Positions 26,060 to 38,540 of a DNA stretch of 64,000 nucleotides are shown here, in pieces. The DNA is from Anaeramoeba ignava BMAN (lineage: Eukaryota; Protista; Anaeramoebae): the NCBI GenBank assembly GCA_028826165.1, contig JAPDFW010000070.1, forward strand, positions 682,001 through 746,000. The letters are read 5' to 3'. The translations under genes were made by a program, and so were the position numbers. Within the stretch, counting starts at the first letter, position 1. Each line of letters opens with the position of its first letter. The notes under the pieces were generated by a model. It made no database searches, was not told where the DNA came from, and was given only the letters and a program-made list of their open reading frames with translations.

Positions 26060-26545
26060 TCAAATTTAAATCAATTTTAAATCAATTTTAAATCAATTTT
26101 AAATCAATTATAAATCAAATATAAATCTAAATATAAATCAATTATAAATCTAAATATAAATAAATTATAAATATAAATATAAATATAAATCTAATCTAAA
26201 TCTAAATCAAATATAAATCAAATATAAATCAAATATAAATCTAAATCAAATATAAATCAATTCTAAATTAAATATAAATCTAAATATAAATCTAAATATA
26301 AATCAATTTAAATATAAATATAAATCAAATATAAATCAATTATAAATCAAGTATAAATCAATTATAAATCAATTATAAATCAACTATAAATCAAATATAA
26401 ATCAAATATAAATCAATTATAAATCAATTATAAATCTAAATATAAATCTAAATATAAATCTAAATATAAATCTAAATATAAATCAAATATAAATCAATTA
26501 TAAATCAAATATAAATCAATTATAAATCAATTATAAATCAATTCT
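26060..26545. repeat. Intergenic 11-mer array (AAATATAAATC and variants)
   Basis: Tandem 11-bp units between two divergent genes. Confidence 0.85.
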
Positions 26546-26697
26546 TGAAATAAATTTGTAAATGAAAAAAAAAGAGAACTTATTAAAAATAAATTTTTTT
26601 GTTAATTCCAAAAAATCATTTTTCTTTTTTTTTTTTCTTTTACTTTTCTTATTCTATTGTTTTTATTTTTGTTATTTTGATTGTTATTATTTTCGAA

Positions 26698-29600
26698 ATG
26701 GGAAATCGTTTATCACTTTTAGATAATTTTCAAAAAAGAAATTCTACAGTTTATGAATTATATTGGGATAAAAAAATTAATTTCAAAACAAAAGACAAAG
26801 TAAATTAAAAAAATTTTTTAATTGGTTTTTTTTTTATTAAAATAAAATAATCCCTCTTTCTTTTGCTTTTTATTTAGTTTGTAAAAAAATAATAATATAT
26901 TTTTTTTTAGATTTGAAAATGAATTCAAAAAATAAAATTTTTTCCTATTTTTTTTAAAAAGGGAACAACAATATTTCATATTGCTTGTCAAAATGGAGAC
27001 CTTGAGATTGTTAGAAAATTTATTGAAAATGGAGCATTAATTAATATTACTGACAAAGTTTGAAAAAAAAAGGAAAAAAAAAGGAAAAAAAAACAATTTA
27101 AAAAATTTTGGGTTTAAAAAGTGTGTAAATTATTTATTAAATATTATTACAATTAAAGATAATTATAATTATTATTATTATTATTATAATTAGAAAGATA
27201 CCCCTCTTCATTTAGCTTGTATAAAAGGTCATACTGAAATTGTAGAATTATTATTAAAATCTGGAGCAATTCCCAATTCTCCAAATAAAGTAATAAATAT
27301 TCAAAACAATTTTTTTCTTCTTTTTTTAATAAATTATTTTTTCAATTAATTTTAGTTTGTAATTAAATTGTTGTTTTTTTTTTTGGATTTTTTCAAATAT
27401 TAAATTTATTTTATTTTACCTTTCTTTTCAAAGGGAATGACTCCTCTTCATTGCGCTACTTGGAGTAAACATTCTAAAGTAGTTAATTTATTATTAGAAC
27501 ATCTTGAAGATATTGATCATCTAAATAATGTATAATTTATTAAAAAAAAAGAAGAAAAATTTTTTCCAAATTTTTTTGAATAAATTTATTAAAATGGAAA
27601 AAAAAATTGCTTTTTTTAATTGGATTATTAAAATAATAGTTGGTAAATTTACATAGAAAAGTTAGAATTTTTTTTTTAATTTCTTTCTTTCTTTTTATTC
27701 ATTTTTTATTAAAGAAAAATACTGCTTTACAAATTGCATCTTGGAATGGAGATCATAAAATTACAGAAGTTCTTGTTAGAAAAATTAAAAATATCAATAA
27801 TCAAAATAAAGTAATTTACAAATACATAAGAAAAATAGATCTTATTATACTTTTATTATAAAATAGGATGTAAAGAATTTTTTTAGAAATAATATTTTGA
27901 GATCATAATTGAAATTTGTTTTTTTCTTTGAAATTTTAGGGAAATTCTGCCATTCATCTTGCTTTATATTCTTCAAGTCCTAAATGCGTAGAATTAATTT
28001 TATCAACTAATTGTTCTTCAAATCAACCCAATAATGTATTTTTTATTTTAAATTTTAATTTTAATTTTAATTTATTTTAAATTTTAATTTTAAGGAAGTA
28101 AAATTTTATTAAATAAATTTCTTCTTAGATTTTGAACTAAATTTTTTTTTTTAAAAGAATATTTACCCATTACATTTGGCAGCACAAAAAGGATTTTCTA
28201 AACTTATTGATAAATTAATTTTAAATGGTTCTTATATTGATTCTGTAGATAATGTATTTTAATTAAGTCTAAAAAAAATAATGATTTATTTTGAAAAAAT
28301 TTAAATGGATATTTTTTAGGAAGTAATAATTTTATTAAAAGAAAAAGAAAATTGTTTTCTTATTTTTTGTCATGTTTATTAAATTTCAATTTAGAATCAA
28401 ACTGCTTTACATTTTGCTTGTGAAAAAGGATATTTAAAATGTGTTAAAAAATTAATTTCACATAAAGCAAATGTTAATCATCTGAATAATGTATATTTAA
28501 GAAAAAAAAAGTTTAGCAGAAAATTAAATTTAACAATTGAAATCAAAATTTAAGTCTGTAAAAAAAATATATTAGTTTTGATTTCAAAATATTTTATATA
28601 AATTTATTCTTTTTTTTTTTTGATTAATTTATTGATTTAAAAAAAAAAGAAACAAACACCATTAGAAGTTACCATTTTAAATGGTTTTACAGCTATTGTT
28701 TCTGAGTTATTAAATAATGGTGCTGAAGTTAACGTTCAACATACTGTAAATTATTCTCTTTTCTTTAAAAAAAAATAATCAAATTTATTATTTATTTATT
28801 TATTTATTTATTAGGGATCATATCCTCTTCATTTAGCATGCAATAAAGGAAATATTGAAGTAATTGAATTACTTCTTAAAAGAAATGCAGATATTACTTG
28901 TGTCGATAATGTAATTTCCAGTTTAAATGAAATGAAATATTTTGGTTCAATTAAAAAAGAAGAAAAAAAAAATTTTTTTTTTAGGAAGTAAAATGACACT
29001 TTTTTTTTGTTGTTTTTAGAAATGAATCCTGTTTTTTTTTTTAAATTTTTTTTTTTCATAATTTAAATCAGGGAAATACTCCTCTTCATATTGCTAGTAA
29101 AAATGGGCATTCACAAATATTAGAATATTTAATAAAGCAAAGTACTTCCGTTGATCCAAAAAATAAAGTGATTTTATTATTGAAAAAAAAAAAGAAAAAA
29201 AGAAAAAATTATTCATTTCATTTCTAAATAACATTTTTTATTTACTTTTCTTAATCTTGTTTGGTTTTGGTTTGTTTTAAATTAAGATGGTTTGAATTAT
29301 TTATTAAGATTTGACAAGATTTAAATGAAAATTTAATTGGAATTTTTGATTTATAGGGTTTAACACCTCTTCATGTTGCTTGTCTTCATGGAAGACTCCA
29401 ATGTGTATCTGGATTATTATCAGGAGGAGCAGATTTGAATATAACTTGTGAAGTATGCGATATATATTTATAAATTATAAGAAAAATATTTAATATTTGT
29501 TTTTGATAGTTTGTAAACAATTAAAATTTTGATAAACAGTTTTCCTTTTTTGAAAATTAATTATTATTTGGAACAGAATGTAATTAATTCATTATTTATT

Positions 29601-31069
29601 GAAATGAAATTATTAAAAATTACTTGAAATTTAGTCTGTAAATTTAAATTTTATGAAAGAAAACTTGAAAAAAAAAAAGGATTAAATTTTTTTTTAAAAT
29701 TAGAAAGTAAAAATTTTTGAAGAAAAAAGAAGAACTTAATGGTTTAGATTTATTTTTTTTTTTGAATTTAAAATAGCAAGCAAAACCAGTAGAAATTGCA
29801 GATAAAAAAGAATATAGCGAAATTGTGAGATTGATACATGCTTTCGAGAATAGACATATAATCGGAAATAAATTACAAAAGTATTCATCAGCAAAACCCA
29901 AAATCAAGGAGAACATTGAGAAAATAGGAAGAATGTCTAGTTTAGTTTCACTGAATGAACTTTGGGATTGGAAGAAAGATTATATTGAAAAACAACAGGA
30001 AATAAAAGAAAAACAAGAAAAAGAAAGACAGGAAAAAGAGGAAAAAGAAAAAGAAAGACAGGAAAAAGAAAAACAAGAAATGAAGAAGAAGCAGAAGGAA
30101 AAACTTGAGCTCAGACACTTCTCGATGCAGGATATAATGACTCTTTATGGAGAAGATATGAATATTGGAATGAATAAAAATGAAGAAATTGATGAAAAAT
30201 CGAAGAGAATCACAAAATTTCTTGAGGAAACATTCAAGGATGTTTTGATTGAAGAAAACGAAATCAAACTCGGAAGATCTCTTGGACAGGGAATGTATGG
30301 AGTAGTGAGATATGGGACTTGGAAAAAAACAGAAGTGGCGATCACTATATTTAAACTACAAGAATTAAAAGCAGATGAATTGAACAAGTTTATCGACAAA
30401 GTGAAACTGAATTATAAAATCAATAATGTCAATATTACCAAGTTTTATGGAGTTGTTGTGAAATATCCAGAGTTTTGGCATGTCTCCCAATATTACACAA
30501 AGGGAAGTTTGTTCCGCATGATTTATTTTGACCATAAAGAATATACCTTGATGGAAAAGATCAAGATGGTTCTCGAAATTGCGCAAGGCATTTATTATCT
30601 CCACTCAAAAAATATTATCCATCAAGTTATTCGAAGCAAAAATATTTTGATCGACAGAAACGGACGAACAAAAATAGGGAATTTTGGGATGCTAACATTT
30701 TACAGAGCCTCAAGAGAAGGCTTCTTAAATTCTGTTGGTCAGCCCTATTGGCTTGCTCCCGAAATTCTTCAGACACAGGATTTCTCTTTTTCCGCTGATA
30801 TATTCTCCTTTGGAATGCTTTTGTATGAAATTTCAACTATGAAACTTCCTTATGGAAACGATAGTCCTTTTCAAGTCATCTCAAATATTATAAATGGTGT
30901 TCGTCCTCAAATTCTTCCTGATAATCCCTTTAAAGATATTATCGCTTCTTGTTGGGATTTCGATCCCCAAAAAAGACCAACAATTAAACAAGTTCTTTCA
31001 TCTCTTTTAGTGTTGCAAACAAAATTGAAAAATCAAAATCATGAAGAAATTCATTTTGATGTTAATTGA
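26698..31069 (+). CDS. Ankyrin-repeat plus TKL-like pseudokinase protein with a predicted N-myristoylation motif
   Basis: Exon 1 26698-26799 begins MGNRLS. Eleven 96-nt ankyrin exons start at 26962, 27194, 27434, 27715, 27940, 28158, 28395, 28650, 28815, 29072 and 29357. The last exon 29777-31069 has [23 protein letters not shown] and [11 protein letters not shown]. Confidence 0.9.
26878..29637 (+). other. Thirteen 3-nt microexons in the ankyrin-pseudokinase gene
   Basis: AG|NNN|GT at 26878 TTT, 27122 TGT, 27356 TTT, 27640 TTG, 27867 GAT, 28095 GAA, 28320 GAA, 28555 TCT, 28985 GAA, 29287 ATG, 29510 TTT, 29577 AAT, 29635 TCT. Confidence 0.85.
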
Positions 31070-31214
31070 TTGATCTAAATCAAATTGGATAATTTTAAAA
31101 ATCTTTTTTTTAATTTGAAAAATTTTTTTTTATTGAACTATTTGACTTTTTTTTTTCATTTTTTGAATACGAAAAAATAATAATAATAATAATAATAAAA
31201 ATCAAAATCAATCT

Positions 31215-33002
31215 TCATTTATTCTTTTTCTTTTTGTTTTTTTTGTATAAATCCTCGTCTTCTTGTCGTTTATTGTATTCTATGTAAAGCAATGAAAATA
31301 AATTTGGATTTGCTTGATTTAGTTGAAAATAATCCATTCCTCTTTCTATTTCTTTGAGCATTTCTTTTGTAATTTGGATTCTTTTTTTGATTTGATTTGT
31401 ATAAATCCAGTATTCCAAAATTTCAAAAGATTCATCACTTAATTCGCTGTAATCATTGACTTTATTTGATTTATCTTCTGTTACGGATAAGAACATTCCT
31501 CTGTACAATTCACTTCTTGCTGATAATATAATTTTGGGGAATTTGACTGATTTTTCTTTTCTTTGGATAATGAAGTCTTTTTCGTTTTCGTTGGAATTCA
31601 AATACATTCTTTTCATTGATTGAATTAGGCTTTCTTTATTCAGGAATTCTTTCGTTTCCTGATATAATTTTGTGTTGATTATTGGATTGTTTGAATAAAT
31701 CATTTCGAATATTTGATTTGCTTCTTGGATGGATTTTTGCGAAACAAACTCTTCAAATTTTGCAAGAAAACCTTCTTTGATTCTGTACTGCAAGATTAAT
31801 TTGTGAGCTTCAATATTTTCACCGTTGATTGTTTTGAATGAAATGTCGCAAAACTCTTTTCTTTTGAATAATTGAATCAAATCTTCTTCAAGACTGGAAA
31901 TCAGGGGATAATAGAGAATGGAGTTAAACTGACCGCAGTAGATATTGTAGTTGAAGATATCATATGATAATTCGGGAAGTTTGATTTGGATAAATTTTGG
32001 ATAAAATTTTCTTTTTGGAAGACCTAATTGTCCATCGCGATTGCTTCCGTATCCGATAAGGTTTCCTTTTGAGGTCAAAATCAAAATGTGATAAAATCCA
32101 ACATAGAAATCAAAAATGCTATCATTTTTTAATGCATTGATTTTGACTTCTGAGAATTCAGTCTTTGTTGGCTGCTTCTTGATTCCTTTTATTTCATGAG
32201 AACCTGATGAGTAAAGTGTTCTTATTCCCGACTCTTTGTTTTCAATGAGAATTAGCGAATAGTAATGATCCAGATGAATATTGATGATTTTGCCTTTTGG
32301 GATATTTTGGATCGGCATTGGTTTTCTTACATATGATTCTTTTGCCTTTATTTCTCCCAATCCAAGTTGTCCGTTAAAACTCAATCCACAACCAAATATT
32401 TCTTGATTTGAATCGAGAAGAAAAACTGAATTGGAGAAAATTCCTGAATAAATTTTGGTAACATTTTGCATCATCAATACTGGTTTTTCTGCTTTTTTCA
32501 GTGTTTTAGAATCAAGACCGAGTTGACATTTTTCATTTGAACCAAAACCATAAGCATTTTGATTTGAGGTTAATAAATAAATTGAGGATCTTCCACTAGT
32601 AAAGTCAATAATTTTCCTATCGTTTGAATCCTCAATCAAAGAACTTATTTCAATGAAAGTATCTTCATGTTTGGGAGAGTAATGGTAATTTCTTATGAAA
32701 ACATCACCATCTTGTGATAAAAGAATTTCCTTTTCAAAACTAAGCAATATTTTTTTGATTTTTGGTAGTTTTAATTTTTGAGTTGAGCCATTAATAAACT
32801 CCAAAACTTCTCCATTTGCAAAAAGAATGCTTGATATTTTTTCATCTGAAGAAACTTGTTTTATTGGTTGTTCTTGTATTTTTAAAGTGACAAGTTGATG
32901 AGGTTTTAATGTTCTGGATGGATCAGAAGAATAAGACGATAAGAAAGGATTTCTTCCAAAAAACCAAACATTATTTCGGTCTTCTCTTGAATAAAACAAC
33001 AT
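31215..33002 (-). CDS. RCC1-like repeat plus tandem BTB domain protein, intronless
   Basis: YGFGSNEKCQLG, FGCGLSFNGQLG and GYGSNRDGQLG (RCC1); FCDISF..IEAHKLIL and KDFII..PKIILSARSELYRGMF (BTB). Confidence 0.85.
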   Translation of the reverse strand: MLFYSREDRNNVWFFGRNPFLSSYSSDPSRTLKPHQLVTLKIQEQPIKQVSSDEKISSILFANGEVLEFINGSTQKLKLPKIKKILLSFEKEILLSQDGDVFIRNYHYSPKHEDTFIEISSLIEDSNDRKIIDFTSGRSSIYLLTSNQNAYGFGSNEKCQLGLDSKTLKKAEKPVLMMQNVTKIYSGIFSNSVFLLDSNQEIFGCGLSFNGQLGLGEIKAKESYVRKPMPIQNIPKGKIINIHLDHYYSLILIENKESGIRTLYSSGSHEIKGIKKQPTKTEFSEVKINALKNDSIFDFYVGFYHILILTSKGNLIGYGSNRDGQLGLPKRKFYPKFIQIKLPELSYDIFNYNIYCGQFNSILYYPLISSLEEDLIQLFKRKEFCDISFKTINGENIEAHKLILQYRIKEGFLAKFEEFVSQKSIQEANQIFEMIYSNNPIINTKLYQETKEFLNKESLIQSMKRMYLNSNENEKDFIIQRKEKSVKFPKIILSARSELYRGMFLSVTEDKSNKVNDYSELSDESFEILEYWIYTNQIKKRIQITKEMLKEIERGMDYFQLNQANPNLFSLLYIEYNKRQEDEDLYKKNKKKKNK

Positions 33003-33134
33003 TTTTTAAGAAAAATGAAAAAAGAAATTTTGTGAAATTTTTTTGAAATTTTCTTGATCCAAAAAAAAAAAACAAAAATAATAATAAAATATTTTTCATC
33101 TATAAATTGTTTGTTTTATTTAATTTAATTTAAT

Positions 33135-34189
33135 TTAATTTAATTTAAATTCTTGAGAATTTCCAATCAAAATATTTTGAGAATCAGAAACACCGATGAT
33201 CAAATCTGCGAAAATATCAAAACTATTTATAGCCAAAGGTTGAGTAAAAAGAGAAGAAGAAAAAATTTGAAGGGAATTATTGTGTTTATTAAGGGTTGAG
33301 CGGTTGAAATCCAAGCGATCCAATGAGCCATCTTCGGAACAAGAAAAAAGAAAATTTGAATAAATAGGATGGAACATAAGATTCCAAATAGCCGAACTGT
33401 GAATCCTAGAAACGATCGGCTCAAGTGATTCGAATCTCATATCCCAAACACTTATTGATCCGTCGGCCGAACCGACAACTATCTGGTCTGGGTTTGTTGG
33501 ATGCAATGCCAAAGAATAATTACTTGAGAGATTTCTTTTATTCAAAAAGATTTTATTTGGTTTTTGATTTTTGTCCCGAATGTCAAATAGCTTGATATGA
33601 GGTGCTATCCCAATTGTGATAATGGAAGCGTTGTTGAAGAATTTAAGTCTTGTGATAGACGAGGCTGATGCTGCGAACTTGACTTGTGTTTTTGTTGTTC
33701 GATTGAGAAAATGTGCACATTCCCATCGTCTCCAGCCGCGGAAATGAGTTGTTGGGAAAAGGATTCGATATCAATGGAATTAATGGGCAATTTGGAGAGT
33801 TTGTATTCTTGGATTTTTTCCACTCTTTGGTTGTTTGGGGTTGATTTATTGTGGAGATTTTCAATATGATATAAAGTAACATTTCCGTTAGAAGAAGTTA
33901 ATAAAAAAGGATTCAATTGAGGACGTTGATTTATATTTTCCATGTTGTTCAACGAGGAATAAGGATAAGTCACAATCGAATTGACATTTCCGTTGTGAGA
34001 TATTGTGTGTGTTTGTGATATATGCGGATCATCATACATGTCAGGGTTTTCAAGTGTATAAAATGTTAGTGTATTTTCTGTTTCTCCCCAACTCCCAATT
34101 ACAAAATCAATTGAATTGTTTGTTTCTTCATCTCTTGTTAAAAATTTAATAGATCTTAATTTACTTCCTGTTATAAATAATTTCTTCAT
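33135..34189 (-). CDS. NUP43: WD40 nucleoporin Nup43-like, with one single-base frameshift near 33680
   Basis: FVIGSWGETENTLTFY, LALHPTNPDQIVVGSADGSISVWDMR, HSSAIWNLMFHPIYSNFLFSCSEDGSL and LAINSFDI match my recollection of Nup43. The two ORFs join with a 1-nt shift. Confidence 0.75.
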
Positions 34190-34408
34190 TATTTTTAATT
34201 TCTATTTAAGAAAAAAAATGAAAAAAATGAAAAAAATAAAAAAATTAAAATTTTGAAAAAAAAAAATCTTTATTAATTTGTCTAAAAAATTTGTTTTTTG
34301 AAATTTAAAAAAAGGAAAAAATGGATTAAAGAAAGAAGAAGGAAATTTGATTGAAATCTTTTTGTTTTTTTTTTTTAAAAGGAAATAAAAGAGAAAAATT
34401 GAATGAAT

Positions 34409-37400
34409 TTAAAACAGAGGATCAACATCAGCAGATTTAAGAATTTTATCCATTTCTTCATCAAAAAGAGCAACTTTAATATAACCATCAAAACCACCTG
34501 AAGCAATAGAACGACCATCAGGACTAAATGTTAAATGATTTAAAGTACCAAAATGGCATTTATAATTGCAAATTTCTTCTTGATAAATTTTATGATAAAT
34601 TAAATTTTCAAATTTTCCTGAAGTTGAAATTGTTGTTGTAACATTCATTTGATGTTGTCCTCCACCCATAGCAACCTAAATAAAAAATTTAATTATAAAT
34701 TTAATTAAAAATTCAATCTAAAATCAAATTATAAAATTTAATTATAAAATTTAATTTAAAAATTCATTTAAAAATTTAATTTAAAATTTAATTAAAAATT
34801 TAATCTAAAATTCAATTATAAATTCATTTAAATTCATTTAAAAATTCAATATAAAATTTAATTAAAAATTCATTTATAAAATTTAATTAAAAATTTAATT
34901 ATAAAATTTAATTAAAAATTTAATTTAAAATTCATTTAAATTCATTTATAAAAATTCATTTATAAAATTTAATTATAAAATTTAATTATAAAATTTAAAT
35001 AAAATTTAATTAAAAATTTAATTCAAAATTTAATTAAAAATTCATTTATAAAATTCAATCTAAAATCAATTTATAAAATTCATTTATAAAATTCATTTAC
35101 AATTTCTTGTGTTGGTGATATTGCTGCTGAAACAATTCTTCGATCAGTTTTATATTTTGCTATTTCATTGAAACTTGATGTATCAAATAACTTGAAAAAT
35201 AATATTATTTATTATTTAAAATGATTAAATTATAAATTATTTAAAATTGTTTTTGTTTTTTTTTTAAATAGAATTTTTCTACTTTTGCAGTTGTATCTTC
35301 TGATGCTGTAATAAAGTGTGTATGATCTTTTGAAAAACTCATATCCATAATTTTTAAATGATGTATTTTTTTATCTTCAATAATTTGATTATTCTAAATA
35401 AAATTAATAAGAATATTTTAATTTTAATTTTAATTTTAATTTTAATTTTAATTTTTAATTTTAATTTTAATTTTAATTTTAATTTTAATTTTAATTTTAA
35501 TTTTAATTTTAATTTTAATTTTAATTTTAATTTTAATTTTAATTTTAAATTTTGATTTTAATTTTAATTTTCATTTTAATTTTAATTTTAATTTTAATTT
35601 TAATTTTGATTTTAATTTTAATTTTAATTTTAATTTTAAATTTAATTTTCATTTTCAGTTTCAATTTTAAATTTTGATTTTAATTTTTCAGTTTAAATTT
35701 AGTGATTATTACAGCAACATCAACAACTTCAAGAACACCATCATCACTAAATCCTAATATAGATTTGTTAAGATTTCCCCATCTTATAAGAGAAAGTTGA
35801 GATTTTGGTTTAAATAACATTATTGGTTTTGTATCTAAAAAAATTTAACAATATAAACAAGAATAAATTGGTTTTTTTGTTTCAAAAAATAATTAAAAGA
35901 GAAATTAAAAAGAAATTCAACCTGCTCGAAGATCAAAAACATGAATTCTTTGAGGTTTTTGCATTGCAAGTGCATTTATAGCACAAAATAAATGATCTCC
36001 AAGTGAAAAATGTACAGAACGTACATAAGAATCAAATTGATAAGTTTGGATGTGTTGACCTGTTTGAACATCATAAAGAAGACAAACAGAATCACCAGTT
36101 CCTGAAACTATTCTATCACAATTTGCTGTTTTAAATTTAAATTTTGAATTTTATTTGAATTTTGAATTTTATTTGAATTTTGAATTTTATTTGAATTTTG
36201 AATTTTATTTGATTTTTGAATTATTTATATTTGATTTTTGAATTTTATTTGAATTTTGAATTTTATTTGAATTTTATTTGATTTTGAATTATTTGAATTT
36301 CATTTGAATTTTGAATTTTGATTTTTGAATTTTATTTGAATTTTGAATTTTTTGAATTATTTGAATTTTGAATTAAAAATTTTGTTTGATTTTTGAATTT
36401 CATTTGAATTTTGAATTTTATTTGATTTTGAATTTTGAATTTTGAATTTTGAATTTTATTTGAATTTTGATTAAAATACCAGAAAGATCAAAAGAATAAA
36501 CTGCTCCTTTTCCAACATATTCCCCAAGTTGTTCTCCATCATCAGAATGCCAAACTGTAACATTTTCATCCTTAGAACTTGCAAAAAGAAGATCTCCTTC
36601 TTTGTTAAATTTTAGTTTGGATATTGGCTTTTCTGCAGCTTTAATACTGAGAATTTTCTGTTTATTTTTATTGTTAAAACAATTTATATTTGATTTATAT
36701 TTAATTTATATTTAATTTATATTTAATTTATATTTAATTTGTATTTAATTTATATTTAATTTATATTTAATTTATATTTGATTTATATTTTATTTATATT
36801 TAATTTATATTTGATTTATATTTAATTTATATTTAATTTATATTTAATTTATATTTAATTTATATTTAATTTATATTTGATTTATATTTGATTTATATTT
36901 GATTTATATTTAATTTATATTTAATTTATATTTAATTTATATTAAATTTATATTTAATTTGAATTTGATTTATATTTGATTTAAAATTGATTTAAAATTG
37001 ATTTAAATTTAATTTATATTTGATTTTTATATTATTTATTTTTTTATTTAATTTGATTTAATTTTTGATTTTTATTTGATTTATATTTGATTTATATTTG
37101 ATTTATATTTAATTTAAATTTTATATTTATATTTAATTTATATTTAATTTATATTTGATTTATTTTGATTTAAAATTTAATTTATATTTAATTTATATTT
37201 AATTTATATTTAATTTATATTTGATTTATATTTAATTTATATTTAATTTATATTTAATTTATATTTGATTTATATTTAATTTATATTTAATTTATTTAAT
37301 TTAATTTTTATATTTTATTTAATTTATTTATTTAATTTTTGATTTATATTTGATTTATATTTGATTTATATTTAATTTTATATTATATTTATATTTATTT

Positions 37401-38540
37401 TAATTTGATTTAAAATTGATTTAAATTTGATTTAAATTTAATTTATATTTAATTTATATTTGATTTATATTTAATTTATATTTGATTTATATTTGATTTA
37501 TATTAATTTTGATTTATATTTAATTTATATTTGATTTATATTTGATTTAAAATTGATTTAAATTTGATTTATTTATATTTATATTTATTTATATTTGATT
37601 TATATTTAATTTATATTTGATTTATATTTAATTTATATTTGATTTATATTTGATTTATATTTGTTTTTATATTTGATTTATATTTTATTTTATTTAATTT
37701 ATATTTGATTTATATTTTTGATTTATATTTGATTTATATTTGATTTATTTAAAATTTGATTTATATTTGATTTATATTTGATTTATATTTGATTTATATT
37801 TAATTTTATATTTGATTTAAATTTGATTTAAAAATTGATTTATATTTGATTTATATTTTAATTTATATTTAATTTTAATTTGATTTATATTTATATTTGA
37901 TTTATATTTGATTTATATTTGATTTGAATTTGATTTATATTTAATTTATATTTGATTTATATTTAATTTATATTTGATTTAAATTGATTTTATATATTTG
38001 ATTTAAAATTGATTTAAATTTGATTTATATTTAATTTATATTTGATTTATATTTGATTTATATTTTGATTTATTGATTTATATTTGATTTATATTTGATT
38101 TATAATATTTAAAATTTATATTTGATTTATATTTAATTTATATTTAATTTATATTTTATTTATATTTGATTTATATTTATTTAAATTTATTTAATTTATA
38201 TTTGATTTTAATTGATTTATAATTGATTTAAAATTGATTTAAAATTGATTTATATTTGATTTATATTTGATTTATATTTGATTTATATTTAATTTAAAAT
38301 TTGATTTAAATTTGATTTATATTTTATTTATATTTTATTTATGATTTAAGATTTAAATTTATATAAAATTTATATTTGATTTAAAATTTAAAATTGATTT
38401 AGATTTGATTTAAGATTTAAATTTGATTCTAAATTGTAAATAATGTTTAGAATTGCTTGGAAAGTTGAACTTAAATTAGTTTGTAAATTTTAATAATTGT
38501 AAAAGATGTTTTAAAATAATTTTATTTAAAAACTAACCAT
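34409..38540 (-). CDS. EIF3I: Translation initiation factor eIF3 subunit i; exons ~38540-38538 (ATG only), 36657-36480, 36126-35922, 35834-35713, 35393-35283, 35190-35101, 34675-34409
   Basis: KPISKLKFNKEGDLLFASSKDENVTVW..DGEQLGEY, FITASEDTTAKLFD, MGGGQ..MNVTTT...GKFE, HFGTLNHLTFSPDGRSIASGGFDGYIKV. Confidence 0.92.
36685..38430. repeat. Intronic 11-mer array (GATTTATATTT/AATTTATATTT) in eIF3i intron 1
   Basis: About 1.75 kb of degenerate 11-bp units; reverse complement of the array at 40690-42850. Confidence 0.9.

Noticed and set aside
38480-38482. ttag|TTT|gtaaat microexon-like motif on the + strand
   Set aside because: It is antisense to the eIF3i intron with no + strand gene context. It shows the motif can arise by chance, so only cases supported by repeat register or frame were accepted.
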